The notes under the pieces: model-generated | Database searches by the model: none | Told to the model about the DNA's origin: nothing | What the model saw: the letters and a program-made list of their open reading frames with translations, nothing else | Position numbers and translations under genes: made by a program | Shown here: one piece after another, positions 58,740 to 64,000 of the stretch | Layout of the letters: each line of letters begins with the position of its first letter | How positions within the stretch are numbered: the stretch's first letter is position 1 | Assembly: GCA_040080645.1 (NCBI GenBank) | Contig: JBEBIA010000003.1 | Location: forward strand, 11,575 to 75,574 | Source: Thiobacillus sp. | GTDB lineage: Bacteria > Pseudomonadota > Gammaproteobacteria > Burkholderiales > Thiobacillaceae | Direction of reading: 5' to 3' | Length of the DNA stretch: 64,000 bases

Positions 58740-59063
58740 GGGCAATTTCCGGTCCGGGGGGCGATTGAACCATTCTCGGGGAAACTGCGTTCGGCATATC
58801 CAAGGAACAGCGCCCAGGTCAGGCCGCTGTTCTGCGTTTAGGGAAACCCGATTGGGTTCGGGAATCCGAAAATCCCGCACTGGTGGGATGTAGTAATGAC
58901 TTGCCCCCCGTTATCGGGTCTGGTCAAGCTTCAGATTGGGCGGCCTTGTGCGAAGCTCGTCCGGTCAGACATAAAACGGCGTTTTTTACCCGACAGCCTG
59001 TCGGGTATGCGCTGCGAAAAAATCCATCCGTTTTATTTGTTCCGCTATTTCGAAAGCAGACCA

Positions 59064-59518
59064 CTAAAGCTGCTTGACAATAAAGGAATACTCCGCCGGG
59101 TCAACCGGGGTAATCGATAAGCGGTTGCCGCGTTGCAGGATGCGCATATTGGCCAGCGCAGGATAGGTGCGAATTTCAGCCAGCGGCATCAGGCGGGTTT
59201 TCTTCACCAGTTTGACATCGACGTTCATCCAGCGCGGATTCTCCAGCGTGGCCTTGGGATCGAAGTATTTATGTTTGGGATCAAACTGGAAAGCGTCGGG
59301 ATACGCCAGCGTGCTCACGACCGCCAACCCGGCTATCCCCGGCTCGGCGCACGATGAATGATAAAACAGCACTTTGTCACCGACCCTCATCTGATCGCGC
59401 ATGAAATTGCGCGCCTGATAATTGCGGATGCCATACCAGGCAACGCTTTGATCTGGAAAGCCCGCGAGATCGTCAATGCTGACGTCGCTCGGCTCCGATT
59501 TCATGAGCCAGTAGCGCA

Positions 59519-59519
<1 letters not shown>
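59064..59519 (-). CDS. EVE domain protein
   Basis: YWLMKSEP, W.GIRNYQARN, FYHSSC, RGNRLSITPV; coupled to argB by a TGATG overlap. Confidence 0.93.
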
Positions 59520-61119
<1,600 letters not shown>

Positions 61120-61123
<4 letters not shown>

Positions 61124-61377
61124 AATGGCTCGTGACCTGTAAACAGAACACGGAACTTGCATCGCGCGCCATGGACGAAGGTCTGTCCTATAGCGAGCGT
61201 GTCACGATGCAGCTACACCTGCTGATTTGTAACAATTGCGCGCGGCTGAACCAGCATTTACAAATGATGCGAACGCTGTTTCGCCAGGAAACTGAATCCA
61301 GTGATGTGTCACCCGGGCTGGCACCCGCTGCCCGGCAACGCATCAAAACCGAATTGCAGAATAAGCTCGATTCCTGA
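61120..61377 (+). CDS. zf-HC2 (ZAS) anti-sigma factor, soluble
   Basis: TCK...HLLICNNC (C...HxxxCxxC), no TM; GTG start overlapping the sigma stop. Confidence 0.85.
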
Positions 61378-61435
61378 GCCTGCATGAGGCCGACTTCCGG
61401 CCATTGTCAACGTAGTTCATTTAGGAGAGAACACT

Positions 61436-61813
61436 ATGTCGAAGAAAACCCTGATCGCCGCTGCTGTCGGCACCGCGTTTGCCGCCACCTTGGCCGCCCC
61501 GCTGGCCTCGGCTGCCGAGAATCCCTTTGCACTGTCCGGTCTGGATAAAGGCTACATGGTCGCCGAGCATAACGACGGTCATAGCAAAATGATGAAAGAA
61601 GGCAAGTGCGGTGAAGGTAAATGCGGTGCGGCCAAGAAAAAGGATGGCGACTGCGGCCACAAGGCCAAGGACGGCAAGTGCGGTGCCGAAGGCAAATGCG
61701 GCCATAGCAAAACCAAGGATGGCAAATGTGGTGAAGGTAAGTGCGGCGGCGACAAAACCAAAATGAAAGACGGCAAGTGCGGCGAAGGTAAATGCGGCGG
61801 CACGAAGAAGTAA
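61436..61813 (+). CDS. hvfA: HvfA-like secreted Cys-repeat RiPP precursor
   Basis: Sec signal (…PLASA), AENPF, nine GxCG motifs (EGKCG/DGKCG/DGDCG); strong RBS AGGAG. Confidence 0.88.
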   Translation: MSKKTLIAAAVGTAFAATLAAPLASAAENPFALSGLDKGYMVAEHNDGHSKMMKEGKCGEGKCGAAKKKDGDCGHKAKDGKCGAEGKCGHSKTKDGKCGEGKCGGDKTKMKDGKCGEGKCGGTKK

Positions 61814-61825
61814 GCTCATAACGAC

Positions 61826-62695
61826 ATGAGTTTCCCGCACCCGACCGGTGCGGGGCTGGGTTTTCGGCGAGAGTTAATTCCCGCGCTGAAAACCCGTGTC
61901 CCCGACGCCATTGAGTTTTTTGAGATCGCGCCCGAAAACTGGATTGATCTGGGTGGCGCATATGGCCGCGATTTACGCGGGTTTACCGAACGCTATCCGT
62001 TTGTCTGTCATGGCTTGTCGCTGTCGATTGGCAGCCCGGCTCCGCTCGACGAAATGCTGCTGCATAAAACACGGCAATTCATGGATGCGCATGGCATTCA
62101 GCTTTTCACCGAACATTTGTCGTATTGCTCCGACGACGGACATCTCTACGACCTGCTGCCGATTCCTTTTACCGAAGACGCAGTGAAATACGTTGCTGCT
62201 CGCGTCCGACGCGCGCAGGACATTCTTGAGCGGCGCATCGCCATCGAAAACGCGTCGTACTACACGCCGTCGCCGATTGCCGAGATGGACGAAAGCACGT
62301 TCATCCGCGCGATTCTGGCTGAGGCCGACTGCGATTTGCACCTCGACGTGAACAATGTTTACGTCAATAGCGTGAACCACCGTTTCGATCCACTCGAATT
62401 CATTCGCAGCATGCCGACCGAACGCATTGTGTACCTGCACATGGCCGGGCATTACAACGAAGCCGATGACCTGATTGTGGACACGCACGGTGCTGACGTA
62501 ATTGAGCTGGTATGGGCGCTGCTTGACGCCACCTACCGCCTTCACGGTGTTGCACCCACTTTGCTGGAACGTGATTTCAACATTCCACCGCTGGCCGAAC
62601 TGGTACACGAAGTCGAGCGAATCGCGCAGATTCAGCGTCCGCATCACCTGCCGCAGATTCGTGCATCCCATGCAGACATCCGTCAAGCCGTCTGA
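61826..62695 (+). CDS. hvfB: MNIO family (DUF692) multinuclear non-heme iron oxidase, HvfB-like
   Basis: [59 protein letters not shown]. Confidence 0.93.
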   Translation: MSFPHPTGAGLGFRRELIPALKTRVPDAIEFFEIAPENWIDLGGAYGRDLRGFTERYPFVCHGLSLSIGSPAPLDEMLLHKTRQFMDAHGIQLFTEHLSYCSDDGHLYDLLPIPFTEDAVKYVAARVRRAQDILERRIAIENASYYTPSPIAEMDESTFIRAILAEADCDLHLDVNNVYVNSVNHRFDPLEFIRSMPTERIVYLHMAGHYNEADDLIVDTHGADVIELVWALLDATYRLHGVAPTLLERDFNIPPLAELVHEVERIAQIQRPHHLPQIRASHADIRQAV

Positions 62696-63440
62696 ACGTC
62701 TACCCTTTCAAACGTATCAGTACGCGTTTACCGCGCATTTGCGCGATCCGCACGCGCATCCGCGCCCAGCGGGGATAGAAGCGCGCCGGATCAAAATCTA
62801 CACCGAGTTGCTGTATAACAACGTTGAAGGCTTTTTGCTCGCCTGTTTTCCGGTGTTGAAGCAGATGCTCGGGGTACGCAAATGGTCGCGCATGGTACGT
62901 GCATTTTTTGCCACGCATCATAGCCACACACCCTACTTCCGGCAGATTCCAGACGAATTCATCCAGTTTTTGCAAAACGAATGGACGCCACCCGACGCCT
63001 ACCCGTCTTATCTTCTGGCGCTGGCGCATTACGAATGGATCGAGTTGGTGCTGTCGGTCTCCAACCGCAGCGCGGCGCGCGCTGCGAATGCGGCGGGCAA
63101 TCTGCTCACCGGTGTTCCGGTACTGAATCCGGTGCTGGCCAATTTACGCTACGACTGGCCGGTACATCGCATCGCCCCGCGCCGTGTGGTCAAGCCTTCT
63201 GAAACGTTTTTACTGGTGTTCCGCGACGCGGATGATCAGGTTCAGTTCACTGAAATCAATGCGTTCACTGCACGCTTGATTACCTTGCTTGAACCCGCCA
63301 CGCTCACGGGCATAGCAGCGCTGGCGCACATTGCCGCAGAAAGTCGCCACCCGAACCCGGCGCTGATTCAGCGGGCGGGCGGCGCGTTACTGGCCGATTT
63401 ACAGACCCGGGGGGTGGTGCTGGGCGCGGTCGCGGAATAA
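62670..63440 (+). CDS. hvfC: DUF2063 RiPP-recognition partner protein, HvfC-like
   Basis: [20 protein letters not shown]...[22 protein letters not shown]. Confidence 0.88.
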   Translation: MQTSVKPSERLPFQTYQYAFTAHLRDPHAHPRPAGIEARRIKIYTELLYNNVEGFLLACFPVLKQMLGVRKWSRMVRAFFATHHSHTPYFRQIPDEFIQFLQNEWTPPDAYPSYLLALAHYEWIELVLSVSNRSAARAANAAGNLLTGVPVLNPVLANLRYDWPVHRIAPRRVVKPSETFLLVFRDADDQVQFTEINAFTARLITLLEPATLTGIAALAHIAAESRHPNPALIQRAGGALLADLQTRGVVLGAVAE

Positions 63441-63479
63441 ATGTTCAAGCGAATGACCGGCTGGAAAACCTGAACTAGC

Positions 63480-63941
63480 CTAATGATGTTCGTGTGAATG
63501 ATTCGCCGAACCCGCCGAGCGGGCGCGCACCATCACATCGAGTTTTTCGAGCTTACCGTCAGCCTCGACAAACAACGTGATCGGAATGACCTCGCCCTCG
63601 GCGATGGGTTTTTTCAGATCTTTCAACATGATATGCAGACCACCCGGCTCCAGCGACACGAGCTCGCCTTTGGGTAGATAGATCGCCTGCACTTCGCGCA
63701 TCCGCATCACGCTACCGTCCATTTTCATTTCGTGTACTTCGATTTTGGGTACGGCGGTACTGGACACCCCCACCAGTCGCGCATTCTGGTTCGCCTGAAT
63801 TTTCATGTAGACCCCCCCGACGCGCTGACCCGGCATCGAGACGCGCGTCCAGGCGTCCACCACCACAACCTGGCTTGCCGATACCGGCAAACTGAGGCTC
63901 ATGGCACTTAGCAGCAGCAGGGTGATCACTGGAATTTTCAT
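63480..63941 (-). CDS. Periplasmic copper chaperone PCu(A)C
   Basis: Signal peptide, DAWTR, VHEMKMDGSVMRM and GGLHIM copper motif, C-terminal HSHEHH. Confidence 0.92.
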   Translation of the reverse strand: MKIPVITLLLLSAMSLSLPVSASQVVVVDAWTRVSMPGQRVGGVYMKIQANQNARLVGVSSTAVPKIEVHEMKMDGSVMRMREVQAIYLPKGELVSLEPGGLHIMLKDLKKPIAEGEVIPITLFVEADGKLEKLDVMVRARSAGSANHSHEHH

Positions 63942-64000
63942 CGAACGTAGACGTCTTTTTATGAAGGATAACAACCTGCGAATCAGACCGACAGTTCGCC

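Noticed and set aside
58755-58910. c-di-GMP-I, SAM-II or SAH riboswitch
   Set aside because: I could not find the diagnostic conserved nucleotides on either strand; kept only as an unknown structured element.
61580-61800. Short DNA repeats as a CRISPR or non-coding repeat
   Set aside because: They encode the GKCG peptide repeats of the precursor.

Overview
GC-rich betaproteobacterial chromosomal window; gene order and protein sequences suggest a Thiobacillus-like organism (inference). Most of it is core genome: the 3' end of groEL, a DUF294/exonuclease/solute-symporter module, tRNA-Phe, topA-smg-dprA-LysM, def-fmt-rsmB-DUF4390-ntrY-ntrX-trkA-trkH, dacB, ubiD, the BON/SIS/yraN/rsmI locus, pyrC, RNase P RNA, the complete dcw cluster (mraZ to ftsZ) and lpxC. 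Two accessory regions stand out. (1) At about 52.2-58.9 kb, an integrase-less integron gene cassette (core GTTAGCC, 72-bp attC at 53635-53706) carries an AT-rich restriction-endonuclease-like/Fic/Zn-ribbon fusion, a candidate defence or toxin gene. It is followed by a decayed Phd/YefM antitoxin, an orphan GT-A-fold protein, a sulfotransferase-like protein and a TPR-methyltransferase. (2) At 60.5-64 kb, an ECF sigma factor and Zn-finger anti-sigma precede an HvfABC-type MNIO (DUF692) RiPP cluster with a secreted 9-Cys (E/D)GKCG-repeat precursor, convergent with a PCuAC copper chaperone. Smaller observations: a DiaA-like SIS protein lacking the GmhA Glu ligand, DnaA-box and IHF-like sites upstream of the dcw promoter, a probable CTG start for dprA, and a pseudo-receiver protein coupled to topA. 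Everything was read by eye; no searches were run.
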